Assembly (NCBI RefSeq): GCF_009914755.1
Contig: NC_060925.1
Length of the DNA stretch: 64,000 nucleotides
Direction: 5' to 3' (one strand)
Source of the DNA: the human T2T-CHM13v2.0 reference genome, Homo sapiens
This document shows, piece after piece, positions 24,373-43,770 of the stretch; position 1 is the first letter of the stretch, and each line of letters starts with the position of its first letter. The translations under genes and the position numbers were made by a program. The notes beneath the pieces were generated by a model. That model was not told the origin of the DNA, did not search any database, and saw nothing but the letters and a program-made list of their open reading frames with translations.

Positions 24373-25203
24373 GGAAATTTTAGAATCACTTTGTCACTTT
24401 TACAGAAAAAAAGCCTGCAAGATTTTGATTGGGATTGTGTTAAATCTATAGATCAATTTTGGGGAGAGTTACTATCTTAACAATATTAAGTCTTTCAATC
24501 TGGGAGCACAATACATTTCTTCATGTGGTTTGTCTTTGATTTTTTACTACAAAGATTTCAGTATATAGATCTGATACATCTTTTGTTGGATTTACCTTTA
24601 AGTATTTCATAATTTTTGATAATATTATAAATGTATGGTTTAAATTTTTAAATTTCCAATTATTTGTTGCTAGTATATAGGCATACAATAATTTTTTACA
24701 TTTTTTATCTTGTACCCTGCAACCTTGCTAAACTCATTTATTATTTCTAGTGTTTTTTTTTGTTTTGTTTTGTTTTTTGTGGATTCCATTGGCTTTTCTA
24801 AATGGAGGATCATATTGTCTGCAAATAAAGATAGATTACTTCTTTTTGTAATCAGGATACCTTTTATTTCTTGCTTGATTACATTGGCTAGAACTTCCAG
24901 TATAATGTTTAATGAAGTGGTGAGAGTAGACATCCTTGCCATCAACCTGATCGTAGGTAAAAAGCAGTCAGTCTTTTGCCATTTAAGTATGATGTTAGCC
25001 TTAGGTTTTTTTGTTGTTTGTTAAAAAATACAGATCTCCTTTATTAGTTTAAAGATGTTCCCTCCTATTTTTAGTTTCTGAGAGCTTTTTTAAATTTTAA
25101 ATTAGAAGTGGATGTTGGATTTTTGTCAAATGCATTTCCTGTATCTATGGAGAAGACCGTATGGTTTTTCTTTTTTGTTCATTAATATTGTGAATAACCT
25201 TGA

Positions 25204-25511
<308 letters not shown>

Positions 25512-26084
25512 ATTTTTGAGTTTTAAACCAATTTACAATCCTGGCATAAACCTTATTTGGTCTTGATGTATTATTATTCTTTTTCTGTGTTGATTTGATT
25601 TGCTAAAATTATGTTAAGATTTTTGTACCTATATTCATGAGGAATATTGGTTTTTAGTTTTCTTATGTCTTTGGTTTCAGAATATGCTGACTTCGTAGTA
25701 TACATTATAAATTTTTTTTCCACTTTCTGGAAGAGTTTGTGTAGAATTAGTACTATTTCTTCCTTATATATTTGGTACAGTTTATCAGATAAGCCATCTA
25801 CACCCGGACTTTTCTTTGTTGGAGGGTAATTCACTTCAAATCCAATTTCCTTAATAGATATAGGGCTATTTAGATTATTTGTTTCTTCTTGAGTGTGCTT
25901 TTATTGTTTGTGTCTTTGAAGGAATATGTCCATTTTGTCTAAATTGTCAAATGTATTAACATAAAATTGTTCATAATATTTCCTTATCTTAGAATCCTTA
26001 ATGATGTTACCTCTTTCATTCCTCATATTAGTTTATGTCTTCCCTGTTTTGTCCCCAGTCTGGTTCATCAATTTTATTTATTTG

Positions 26085-26690
26085 TGTGGGAGATCTAATT
26101 TAGTGTGGGAGAGTAGGAAAGACCTTCTGGAGGAAGTGACATTTGTACTAAGACCAAAAGGGTGAATAGGAGTTAACTAGGTAGTGGGAGTTAGTAGTGG
26201 GTGAGTGTTCCAGATGAAGGGGATAACACATGCAAAGGTTCTGGTGTTAGCCAGCATGGCAGCTTTGAGGAACTCTGAATAAAGGCTGGAGCACAGATAG
26301 TGAGAGGGTACATGGCATAGTATAAGGCTAGAGAAATAGCTATGCCAAAGATTTGAGTCTGGAAGGTGATGCCTGGTATCTTTATTTTCAAAAAGACCAC
26401 TCTGGTTGTGGTGTAGAAAATAGATTCCTGTGGAGCAGAGAGATCAGCCAGAAGGCTGCTTTGTAGACTGGGTAAAACATGGTGATAATTTGGGCTAGGG
26501 AGATGGTAGAGAAAAGAGAAGTGGACAGATTTTGAAAAATATTTTGAAGGTTAATATTAATAAGACTTGGTGAGGAATGGATATGGGGGCAGGCAGATAT
26601 TGGGAGAGATAGAGAGATGTGTGAAGGGTAAATTTTGGTTTAATGGTGAATGAAAACTAGAGGGATGTTGGTACTATTTACTGAGAGTTT
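26085..26690 (-). mobile_element. L2 fragment
   Basis: CTTCTGGAGGAAGTGACATTTG...GAATAGGAGTTAACTAGG...ACATGCAAAGGTTCTG. Confidence 0.75.
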
Positions 26691-27291
26691 TTTCCCTAAA
26701 CTGGAAGCATTTTTCTTCCAGGGGAATATGTATTTTATTTAGGGATGTTTTAAAATCCTATTCATCCGTTAGTACCCAGCACAAATAGAACTTCTTCCTT
26801 GGAGTCTTTCTTGATATCTCTTTGCTTGCTTTTCCCTCCTGACTAGAAATAACCTTTCCCTTTTCTGAATTTCTATTAAACTTTGTTTACATTTCTTTTA
26901 TGGAGCTTTTTTATTATCTAACTTGTCGTATTCTTATTGGTATATATGTTTTATTTTCTTTATTGTAGTAGAAACTGCTCATTGAAAGGGAGCGTTACTC
27001 ATTTTAATAGTTCACAACTAAAAGTAATGGTTTCTTCAGTGAACACATGCTATAGCCTTATGGAGGTGGGTAGTCTATGAAAGAGTATACCTAGTTCAGT
27101 AAATCAGAACTCTTATGCACATTGAGGTATCTACAAACAAGAAGAATCACTAGAGTAGTATAATAGTAGGAAGATTTCTTATGATTCCATTATTTAGGTT
27201 ATTAACCATTATTAAACATTACTTTTTTTTTTTAAAGGAGGAACTACTTCAGTTAAATATGAATCTTTGCTCAAAGTTTCTTAATAGATTG

Positions 27292-27590
27292 TTATTTTAT
27301 TTTATTTTATTTTTTTTGAGACGGAGTCTTGCTCTGTCGCCCAGGCTTGAGTGCAGTGGCACGATCTCGGCTCACTGCAATCTTCACCTCCTGCGTTCAC
27401 GCCATTCTCCTGCCTCAGCCTCCTGAGTAACTGGGATTACATGCACCCACCACCACGCCTGGCTAATTTTTTTGTATTTTTAGTTGAGACGGGGTTTCAC
27501 CGTGTTAGCCAGGATGACCTTGATCTCCTGACCTCGTGATCCGCCTGCCTCCGCCTCCCAAAGTGCTGGGATTACCCACCACACCTGGCC
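27292..27590 (-). mobile_element. AluY
   Basis: TTCACGCCATTCTCC, CCGTGTTAGCCAGGATG; TSD TAGATTG. Confidence 0.94.
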
Positions 27591-28184
27591 TAGATTGCTA
27601 ATTTTTGTAATTTTTGATTTATCAGTCTGAAAGTGAAGAGCCAAACATAGACTTAAATAATGCCTAACACTTTTATAGGGCTCAATAACTACTTAAAACA
27701 TTCATACATAATATATCTCATTCTGTTTTCATAACAGACCTGTTAGATGGGTAAGAAAGGTATTGTTCTTAATTTACAGATTTATGCCATATATTGAAGA
27801 ACACTTATTAAGACATTGGAATGAGGCTATTTTGTGTTTACAAAAATCAAAATATTCCCTTATACTTTCTCTACTAGAGTTAACTGGAAGCATTTGAGTA
27901 ATAAAGTAATTGATACTGTTGTAAATAGTAATTTTTATGATTTAACCTGAGTAGCTTTTGGGGCTAGCATCTCAATCAGGTGCAGTTTCTGAGATGAACT
28001 CAACTCTAACCATTCTGTTTAAGCATTTTATGATGTTTTAATATTTTAGTTTAAAACAGACTTTAAATTTGTCTTTGAAGTAACTAGTAAAGATGCATTT
28101 TGAAATAGATTTATTTATGTTTAAAATGTACTTTGAAGGAAATAGTGTGATCTTATAAATAAAGCACAATTAGGATGTGGAATA

Positions 28185-28867
<683 letters not shown>

Positions 28868-28900
28868 ATATATATATATTTCTTTTAACTTGTTTTAGAG

Positions 28901-31699
<2,799 letters not shown>

Positions 31700-32118
31700 T
31701 TTTAGAGAATCAGTTTCAGGGTCCCAGTAATTTCCTTTTCCTCAAGTTTTCATACTACATTTTCAAGTTTTTCCAGGTGAGTATCGTCAGACTTACTGGT
31801 TTCTAGCTTCTGAAATCTACCCCTAACTACTTTATGAAAATCAGTACATTTTCCTTTTACAAGATCACTTTCAGAGGTTTTGTGAATAAATTCTTTCTTA
31901 TCTCTTGTTCCAGTTTTCTCTTAATGTTTCCTTTCAAAATATATTTTGTTCACTAGGGTATTAGAAACTCGTATTTATGTATTACTTTGATGTGCATGAT
32001 ATACATTTTTCTCAGTGTTCCTCATAACAACTTTGTGAAATACACAAGGTTATAGATGAAGAAACTGAGGCTAAAATAGGTTGTGATTTGCTCAGTTAGA
32101 GACTAATCCAGTGGTTGA

Positions 32119-32475
<357 letters not shown>

Positions 32476-33716
32476 ATTTGTTGTTGTTATACTCTTTTCC
32501 CCCAACCCTGAACCTCTCTGAGTTTCTTTCATGTTACTCTGTGTATAGCTTAAAACAAAACAATAACAAATAGAAAAAAACCTAACCCCACTTTTTTTTT
32601 CTTTGCCATTTTTCACTGACATCACCTCATTTTTGGCTTTAGTCTTCCTGATAACTGTTTTCTGGTTTTTTTTCTGGAGGCTTTTGGAGGCTCTTTAAGA
32701 GCTCAGCCTGGCTCTAGGACCAAGTCATTGTTAGACTGCCTCGTTTTTATTTATGGTATTCTGTATCTTGAAAACAAAGGACATGCTGAGTCTTTTCAAA
32801 GGAGCGTGGAATCCATGGAGCTGACTCTCATTGTTACTGCTGAAATAGTGACTGAATGTACCACCAGCCTGAGATTCATGAAATGTGCATTAAAATCGGT
32901 TTGGTATGTTAGGTGAAATGTAAAAACATCAGTGTGCTTTATCACCGATCTGTTTTTGTCTGGTGTAAGAAAAAATACGACAAGTATGGGATTGTTTATA
33001 TGTCTTATAAAGCCAACACTGGAGTGTAAAAAATTGAGTGTTTGGGGATACACATTAAGTCAAAAAGAAACTAATGCTGCCTGCTTTGACTGTGTTTGGG
33101 TCAGAAATGGAGAAGTTGAAATTGACATGGCCATTTGCTGAAATATTTTGAGGTGTTCAGACTATAGTAGGAATGCAGTCATAATGACTGGATTTCAGAA
33201 ATGACACTAGAAGTCATTTATCTATTTGCATCCTAGAACATCAACTTAATGTGTGTCCAGGAAGAAAATAAATGAAGACTGATTCATGAACTGACTGTAC
33301 TATTTGTTAGAGCCAAGTATGTTTGTGGTGCATGAAAATCTTTATCAAGGAGCTTGGATTTTCATAACCAGTAAAGTTTTTGTTTTTTTTGAATGTCTTG
33401 TAATATATAAAATTATAGCTGGGATAAATGTAGTTTTTTTCACAAGGGAAAGATTAATGGTTTGGATTTGTCAAATTTTATAGCCTAGCTATTCATCATA
33501 AAATGAATCTGTAATACTTACTTTCCATTTTTTTTTTTTGCTCACACACTACTTTGGATGATTTTAATTGTATAGTATTTAAAATTAATTTTTAGATCTT
33601 AGATGAGTTGACCAGAGACTAGTGATAATACCAAGTATGGAATAGTCTAGGGATAGAAAAGGATAGAATTTCATGATAACGCTATATAATGTGTGTGCCA
33701 AATTCAGCATATTGAC

Positions 33717-33906
33717 CAGTGTTTTACAAAATGAGTTTTTCAGATCATCTATCTAAAAATCACCTGGAATGCTTGTTAAAAATTCGGATCCTTGGACCCT
33801 TCCTTCACCCATCTCTCACCAATCAGAATATCTGGGAGCTGCCTAGGAATTGCATTTAACAGGCACCCAGGTAATTTGGATATACATTAAAAGTCGAGAT
33901 CTCCTG
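33717..33906. mobile_element. MER5-like hAT MITE
   Basis: CAGTG...AATCACCTGGAATGCTTGTTAAAAAT...AATCAGAATATCTGGG...GCATTTAACAGGCACCCAGGTAATT. Confidence 0.7.
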
Positions 33907-34382
33907 ACATAGAACATTCAACATGTTATACGTATTGCTCACCTGTTTAAGATGATTAAATTATGAGATCTTTGAAGGCTGAGAGAGAACGAGGGTATCT
34001 GTTTTCAATTTATGAATTGAATGAATTTTTGGAGTTTTAAAAGCTAACACATAATTATAGCATTCATTTCATTTATTAGTTTCTCCTGAGGACGAAACTT
34101 GGCCTTGAATTTTATAATTCAGGGCTTTGAACATCTAATTTTTGTTTAACCAAAGTAGAAAGTACTGTAATGCTTCTAAAAACTACATTTACAGTTCCTG
34201 TTGCGCTAAGTAGATATAGATAAGCTACATGTTCAAACTTGCTTTGTGGTCCCCACTTCACTGTCCTCTCTCCTAGAGCTCTTCCAGATGTCAGGTTTTC
34301 TGAAATTGATCCTGAATTTAAAAATAGAGAAGTGACAGAAAAAAATGTGAGGTTTTAAATTTGATGTTGTATAAAAGGTAAT

Positions 34383-34660
34383 ATTTTTGTTTTTTCTGTC
34401 ACCCAGGCGGAATGCAGTGGTACAGCCATGGCTCATTGCAGCCTCAACCTCCTGGGCTCAATTGATCCTCCTGCCTCAGCCTTCTGAGTAGCTGGGACTA
34501 CAGGTGCACGCCATGATGCCCCACTGATTTTTGTATTTTTTGTAGAGATGGGGTTTTGTCATGTTGCCTAGGCTGGTCTTGAACTTCTGGGCTCAAGCGA
34601 TCCTTCTGCCTCGGCCTTCCAAAGTGCTGGGATTATAGGCATGAGCCACCTTGCCTGGCC
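34383..34660 (-). mobile_element. AluJb-like
   Basis: GCAGCCTCAACCTCCTGGGCTCAA. Confidence 0.93.
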
Positions 34661-34931
34661 CAAAATGCACTATTAGTGACATACTTATCTATGACAGGAT
34701 TTCCAAACTTTTTCCCACCCAAAGGAAATATCCAGAACCCCAGAAAATGAAAGTAGACCTGCTCTGGTTACATACCCCATGGGTGTTCCTGAGACATTTC
34801 CTAGGGACTCAGGGCTTTGGGCATAAAATTTGAAAATCACTGGAAGAAGTGGTAGCTAATTTTTATTAAATTTTATGTAGAGAGGATAGGAGAGAGTCTG
34901 AAGTTCTGTCAAAGCTGTTCAATCCTTAGAG

Positions 34932-35155
34932 TGGTAGTTCTCAGCCTAGGGGAATTTTGCCCTCCAGGGGACATTTGACAAAGTCTGCAGACATTTTTGG
35001 TTGTCACAACTGGAGTAGGGGGGTGGGGAGCCACTGGTATCTTGTGGGTGGAGCCCAGAGTACTGCTAAACATTTTAGAGTGCATGGTGCCCCTCATACC
35101 AAAGACTTATCCTGTCCCAAATATCAAGGGTAAGTACCTAGGCTGAGAAACTCTG
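34932..35155. mobile_element. MER20 hAT MITE
   Basis: GGGGAATTTTGCCCTCCAGGGGACATTTGACAAAGTCTG..GACATTTTTGGTTGTCACAAC; perfect 8-bp TSD CCTTAGAG. Confidence 0.9.
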
Positions 35156-36062
35156 CCTTAGAGAAATGTTTTCTAAAATATAATTTAGTTTGCAGTCCAT
35201 ATTCTCTGTAGATAAGAGTTTAGTGGACGGGAGGCAAATATTTTTATAAACGAGTAGCTTAGTAAGTTGTGGTTATTTTACCGTTAGTTTACTCTTTTAT
35301 TAGGATGTTTATTTTGCAAAGATATTTTGATTAAACCTAAGTTTTCTTTCAACAGCTTTAGTAAGATTTTTAATAAGAAAATGTTATTTGTATTTTATGT
35401 ATGATAACCTATTAGACCTATATGGTATGAGACAATAGCCTCTCTTTCAGAATTGCCCCGCCCTCCTTTGGGAGAGACTCTCTAATTTTATTACCAGCTT
35501 GTATCAGTTGATTTGGTTTTTTAAAAAAACACATTTTTTATCAGCTTTATTAAAATGGGTTAACTTTTAAAATGCCGCAATATTTCAGTGGTAGAATTTC
35601 CTTTCTCCATAAGCTTTCTTTTCTATTAATTCAGCATCAAAGAAGTGTTATAGTGAGGTAAAAAACTTGAGTTTGAAAATGTTATATCTCATACTTAGAG
35701 AAATTATCTCCTATCCTTTTTAGGTTCTTACAAATTGGCAGAAATATCCTGGGAGAATTATTGCCCAAACATCAGTTAGAAAAAGTATGTTAAGGAAGTT
35801 CTGGTCACTTGAAATGCTTCCTTTAATCTTATTTCCTCTAGCAAATATGCAGCATTTTGGCCAATTTCTGTGGCATATGTATAGTAAATGTTTTACATTT
35901 CAGATCATTTTTGCTTTATATTTTAGGGGAAATTGAATTATCTGACTGGTGGTAGTTGCTGAGAATATATTTTACTACCTTATTTTAAGTTTCTTTCACT
36001 AAATTATTTCCTAGGTCTTTGGAATGGCATCTCTTCATATGCAACGTAGAATATATGCTTAC

Positions 36063-36220
36063 TGTATTAGTCCACTTTGTGTTGCTGTGAAGGAATACCT
36101 GAGGCTGGGTAATTTATAAAGAGAAGAAGTTTAATTGTCTCAGAGTTCTTCAGGCTGTACAGGAAATGTGGTGCCGGCATCTGCTTCTGGTGAGGGCCTC
36201 AAAAAGCTTAAAATCATGGT
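36063..36220 (-). mobile_element. MST (MaLR) LTR fragment
   Basis: TGTATTAGTCC..GGAATACCTGAGGCTGGGTAATTTATAAAG...GGCATCTGCTTCTGGTGAGGGCCTC. Confidence 0.85.
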
Positions 36221-36614
36221 GTTTTATTTTTTGCTACTGAAATTAACTTAATTATTTTTCAGAAGAATAACAGTATACTTTCCTGTATTCTGATAATCGA
36301 TGTGATATTTTAAGTAGCTTACAATTACATTGACAAGGCTTCTGCTTTCTCACACTTAGTAGCTGGGACTGTCAAACAGATGCAGAACGAACAGGTGAAT
36401 AATTTGTTTAGTTAGTTATTTTTCATTTCCTTTTCAACTAGATTGAAAAGTAGGGATATATAATCCTACATTTTAGACTAATTGCGTAAGACATCTTGAA
36501 GAATTAAAGAAGATATTCTAGAATAGCAGAGAGTTCATTTTTCATAAATTAGATGGTGACAGTGAGAGAAATTGTATTGTTGATATAGTACATATTTTTG
36601 GCCAATTGGCAGAT

Positions 36615-36990
36615 ACTTGGACACCTACCTAAGGAGCAAGGGCTGGTGCTAGGCATTGTAGGGATACAGATAGTTATAATAACTGATATTTTATAATGTT
36701 TACTATGTGCCAGACACTTTCTGGGTACTCAGAACTTACTACTTGTATAAATTTTACAGCAGTCATATGCTCTTACCTCTCTTGCAAATAAGAAAACTGA
36801 GACATAGGGAAGATAAGTATCTTGGACAAGGTCACAAAGCTGGTGGTGGAGTTTGGATTTGAAACCTGGTGATATGGCTGTGGAGCCTGTGTTATTATCT
36901 TGTAATCAGTAGCACGAAGCAGAAGACCTGGTTCCTGCCCTCAAATAGCCTGTTGTCTAGTTGCAGTGACAAGTCTCAAACACATGTAAA
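36615..36990 (-). mobile_element. MIR nested in an L2 fragment
   Basis: ACTATGTGCCAGACAC...GAAAACTGAGACATAGGGAAG..AAGGTCACAAAGC, flanked by GTGCTAGGCATTGTAGGGATACA and GTTCCTGCCCTCAA. Confidence 0.65.
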
Positions 36991-38967
36991 GATATATAAT
37001 GTATATTTTTTAAGATTGTAGACAGTAAATAAATGCTGTAAGTAGAAATATTCATCTATTTATTTGCCTAGGTTGACTAGCAAGGCAATCCTGACTGGCA
37101 TAATCAGGATTCTAGACTCTGGCCATATTGTTGTGTAATATTGAACATCTGGGATGGGCTGTGCACTGTGCATTTGCACCCTCCATGAGTAAGATTTAAA
37201 GAAACACCATTCTTTTAGTCATTACCTTTTAAAAAACACTTTTAACCATGTACAGGTAGTTATATTGAATAGTTTATTAAAATTGTCTCACTTATTTCTG
37301 AAATCTATTTAAATAAAAATGTGGGAAAGCTCAAGAGTGAGTACACTTTACAACCTGGCTGCCTTTTTCAGATTTCTACTTGCATTACTGTTTGGAAGTT
37401 GTTCTTCATATTCCATGGGAGATGATGGGGAGTGGAAAGATAAGAAGGGAGCAGTGACATTCATTCAATTCCTGTAAATGACTTTTATTAACATTGTTCT
37501 GATGCTTCAGGTTTGTGCTCAGAAACAGGGTGTGTCATTCATTACATAGCATGCTGTCATGTCCAGTCTGCTGCCTCATGACTTCTCTGAGTAAAACTGA
37601 CTCAGTCAGTGGTTTGAGGCTTGGCCTTCAGCACAAGAGAAGCAAACACCCACTTATAGCAGCTAGATTAATACTGTCTTTCTTTCTGAAATACTTAAGG
37701 TAGGATTGCTGTCTAATTCTTTGTCCTTCATTTTGTAGCTTATTTCGCCTCAGTCATCTTGTGACCCACAAACTGTAGGTTGAGTTGACTCAACCTGTAA
37801 TGATTAATATTTCCAGAATGTGTGGAATGTGTCACAGTATAGTGGCTTGAAGATAGAGACTTATCAAAGGTTATACCTGGTTTTTAAGTAGCATTCCTTC
37901 TAATATTTGTTATTACCCAGTACTTAATGATAGTATATTTATTAAGTTCAGTGTTTTCTCTTGGCTTCGAATTATTCTTGAGTTTTAGAGAAATACATAG
38001 CCTGTTAAAAATTAGGCAGCAGGAAAAAAAATATTTTCTATTCTGAAATAGAAGCGTTTAAAGGCACAAGGAAATGGTAATTGCAATCCTCTTTTTTCCT
38101 GTGAAAATAACAAGAACAGCAGTAACTCTTTCTTTGCCATTTTTCATAGTAAGTAATCATAATACATCATTCCTTTGTCATTGATAGTGTTTTCTCTGAT
38201 TTTTAAAATTTCAGGGATAAATTATCTGGAAAGAGCCTGTCTTTTTTGAAACCCTGTATTTGAGAGAATTACCTGATAGAAACAAAACTCAAGGCTTACA
38301 GAGGAAATGGAGTGAACATTACATTTTATAACTTTGTTACTTTTAGGCTGGAGATACATTCCTCTAGTGGTGATCTTTAAAAGATCACCTTTAATATCTA
38401 GTATCTCCATACTTATTCTAGAATCTAGACTTTTCATACATGTGCTCCCATAGCCTATACATTTCCCCCTCAATTCCTGATCAGGAGAATTGTACATCAT
38501 TTCAGTTGAATTTTGTCAGTGTTAATTTCTTTTTAAAGAATAGAAGTTTACTGTAAATGACTGGTAGAAAAAGACAGAGCCAGATAAAGAGCATTGCCTC
38601 TAAATATAAAAAATTAAGAAGAGGAAATGATTGCTCTGTAACTAAGTTACTAAAGCTATGGAAAACCAGTGGTGAAAAATTTCTCAATTTTCTGTGGAAG
38701 ACATTTGATTTTGTGGAACAAAATTTGAAAGGGCCCTTAAAGATACTGTAGTTCAATTCTTTCATTTTCACCTAAGGTTCATCAACCCGGTTCTTCTGAC
38801 TTCAATGAAGTGTTCTTTCTACATCACTACCCGAGTATTTATGATCTCTTTGGTGTCTAAAGAATTTCTTTCCTTTAAAACCTCAGAATTCAAAAAATTG
38901 ATTCATAGAAAAAAATGCTTATGCATTTTGTGAACAAATGAAGTGCCTATCAATTTTTATTATTTGA

Positions 38968-39125
38968 AGTCAGATAAATAGGAGTTCTAACTCTGGTCAT
39001 GCCATTTATTAACTGAATAACATAATACTTAATTTCTCTGTCTCAGTTCCCTGGTTTGTGATATGAAGGTAATAATAGAATTCTACTTGTTAGTTTGTTA
39101 TGAGGATTAAATGAGTTACTCAGAA
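38968..39125 (+). mobile_element. MIR
   Basis: TAACTTAATTTCTCTGTCTCAGTTCCC...GTTATGAGGATTAAATGAG. Confidence 0.75.
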
Positions 39126-39204
39126 TCTCACATTGGTGATGTTATAATAGAGAGAAGGAAATGATTTTGTTGTTTTTATTTGAAACAATAATACTCTGTA
39201 CATC

Positions 39205-40575
39205 TTTTTTTGTTAAGTAACTTTATTGAGGTGTAATTTATGTACATAAAATTCATTCATTGTAATTGTACAATTCACTGATTATTAGTAAATTTATAAA
39301 GTCGTATAACCATCACTTCAATCCAGTTTTAGAACATTTCCATTATTCCCACAAATTCCTTTGTATCTGTTTGCAGTTAATTCCCACTCCCAGCCCTAGG
39401 CAACCACTGATCTGCTTTCTGATTCCCCTAAATGTGCCATTTCTGGACATTTCAATACATAGAATCATAAAATTTGTGGCTCTTTGTGACTGGGTTCTTT
39501 CACCATGGTGTTTTCAGGGTTCATCCATGTTGTAACGTGAATTAGTACTTCATTCTTTTTTTTGGCTGAATAAGATTCTATTGTATAGATATACCATACT
39601 TTGTTTATTCATTCATTCATTCATTCATTAGTAGATGGACATTTGGGTTGTTCGGCTATTATGAATAATGCTACTATGAACATTCATGTACAAGTTTTTA
39701 TGTTAACATACATATGTTTTATATAGTATGAACATACGTATGTTTTATATGTTAAGGTACATAGGTTTCAGTTCTCTTTGGCATATACCTAGGACTGGAA
39801 TGGCTGGGTCATATAGTCACTCTATGTTTAACCTTTTGAGGAAATGCCAAATTGTTTTCTATAGCAGCTGCACCATTCTGCATTTCCACTAGTATTGTAT
39901 AAGGGCTCTGATTTCTCCATATCCTCCCCAACACTTATTTTTCTGTTACTTTTTTCATTTTCTAGTAGCCATCCTAATGTACGTAAAGTGGCATTTCATT
40001 GTGGTTTTAACTTGTATTTTTTGTGATTACTAATGATGTTGAACACCTTGTTATGTGCTTACTATATATTTGTATATTTTCTTTACTGAAGTGTCACTTC
40101 ATATGTTTTGTCCATTTTAAAATTGGGCTGTCTGTCTGCTTAATGAATTGTATGAATTCTTTATATATTCTGAATAAAAGATCTTTATAAAGATAGGTGA
40201 TTTTTATATGTTTTCTTTTAGTGTGTGGCCTGTTTATTTCTTGATGTCTTTTGGAGTATAAAAGTTTAAAATTTTGATGCAGTTCAGTTCGTCAGGTTTT
40301 TCTTTTACAATTGATGGTTTTAGTATCATATCTAAGAACTCAGCTTAATTGAAGGTCATGAACATTTTTTTTTTTGAAGAAATTTTATAGTTTAGTTTTA
40401 AAATTTAGACCCGTGATCCATTTAAGTTAATTTTTGTGTATGATTATGAGGTAAGAGCCCATAAGATTATTTTTTAGCCTGTGGATATCCAATTATCCTG
40501 ACATCATTGTTAGAAAGATTTTCCTTTCCTCATTGAGTGCTCTTGGCATCTTTGTTGAAAAATAAATGTTTGATA
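39205..40575 (-). mobile_element. L1MB/MC-like 3' region
   Basis: CTTTATTGAGGTGTAATTTA...AGGCAACCACTGATCTGCTTTCTG...GGAATGGCTGGGTCATATAG. Confidence 0.85.
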
Positions 40576-41479
40576 CATGTATGCACGTGAAAACATGTTT
40601 TTTTCTTTTTGACACTAGTACATTAAATTAGAATAATTAAAACACCAGGACTCATTGGCCAGATTTATATTTTAGAATTAACATAAGTGTTAGTATTACA
40701 GAGTTTCCCTTTTTATGATACACAGACATTTACATAATTAAGGAAAAGCTTCATTTCAAATATAGAACAGGTCTTTTCCGTAGTATATTCAAATTCAGCA
40801 GGGCAGTTTATAAAACAATTACTATATAGTGCATTTAAGATAATGTCTCAAACTTGATTTTTTTAAAGGCCAATTTCCATATCTGTTTCATTGTCACTCT
40901 GGGCCTGTGGTCATTGACTTCTACCCAAATTTTAACACAAGGAGATGTAATATGTGATTGACAATTGGCAGGTCATATGACTTTGGACTTTGGAGGTTGA
41001 AGGTTAAAAGAAAAATGTTTAATTAAGTTTCTTTTCTGTTTTATGTTAAGTTGCCCTGAAATATCCCCCTGGGCCACTGTATTTGTTTTGACATCTGATG
41101 TTTGAAGGAGCATGTTTTTCCCCCGTAGAAAATCTTACATAATCTCAACTATATCACCTCTGTGTGGGAGAGATAATTTATTCTTTTACTTATTATATAT
41201 TGTGTACAAGTTAGTTCTTGAATGCGGTCTTGACTACAGTATATATTGAATAGTTTATCATACGGGAAATGTAAGGAAGCCATATGTAACGTCTAGTATC
41301 TTAGATTTAGTCCTGGTCTTTAGATGCTAACTTTAGGGGGAAACAAAATAAACAAACCTCTAGACTAAAGATTTGTTTTTTCTTCACCTTGTTTGGCAGA
41401 TGTAATCAAATATTAATCTTGGTCTTCTGATTTGGCTTTTCCTGTCATATATTCCTTTCACTTAAAAAATAACATTTGT

Positions 41480-41806
<327 letters not shown>

Positions 41807-41843
41807 TTAATTCATGTTTTAAAATTCCAAATAATTAGAGTAA

Positions 41844-42209
<366 letters not shown>

Positions 42210-42699
42210 GATATATTTCAGTTCATTCTCTTCCCTGTTGGAAAGTATACACCAAACCTAATTTAACATTCTTTTAGTAACTCTTGCAAGGTGGTGGTGG
42301 TTTTTCCAAAAACCTGACACTTAGCTGAACATTCTTTTATCAACTATCTTATTTCCTTATCATGCACAAGTTAAATGTTAGACTGAGGAGTAGGTGAGTT
42401 ATCCCCAAGGAAGTAAAATGATGTTAATTTTCTTGAGGTCACATGAATTGTGAGTAGCTGAATGCTACTGTGAATTCTGGGCAGCCCGACCACAGAGCCT
42501 GAACTCTTAAATATTATACTGTATTAACTTGACATGTTTATAAAAGTAACAATTACATGCTACCTGAATGCCCTCAGTAGTTTTGAACATGGTGCAACTG
42601 TTTATCCCTATACTAAAATTCCAATTAGGCTATTCTGTTTTGAGTCTTTGTAATCATGTTTTAGAATTTTTGTTTCCTTCCTCATTGTCAGGCATCTTT

Positions 42700-43053
<354 letters not shown>

Positions 43054-43246
43054 TAAAAAAATAATTTACTACTGTCAGTGTACCATACCTGTTACCTGTT
43101 TTCTTATTTCTTTCTGATCTTCTGTGGGCTTGAAGATCATATAAGCAAGCTTTTATGTTTGTAGTTTCTAATCTAGAAGTGAATAGGATCATATATGAGG
43201 AGAACATAAATCACCCAGTAATTTACCTGTAGTTATACAAAGTAGT

Positions 43247-43285
43247 TATTAGGTTGGTGCAAAAGTAATGGTGGTTTTGCAATTA
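43247..43285. mobile_element. MADE1/Hsmar1 half-element (single TIR)
   Basis: TATTAGGTTGGTGCAAAAGTAATGGTGGTTTTGCAATTA. Confidence 0.85.
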
Positions 43286-43344
43286 TGAATGACACCTTTT
43301 TAAAGTTGAGGAGAAATCTCTTTGGGTATTTAACTTGGAGGTAG

Positions 43345-43770
<426 letters not shown>

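Noticed and set aside
39700-39755. 26-bp tandem duplication AACATAC(A/G)TATGTTTTATAT
   Set aside because: Ordinary slippage in old L1 with no functional cue
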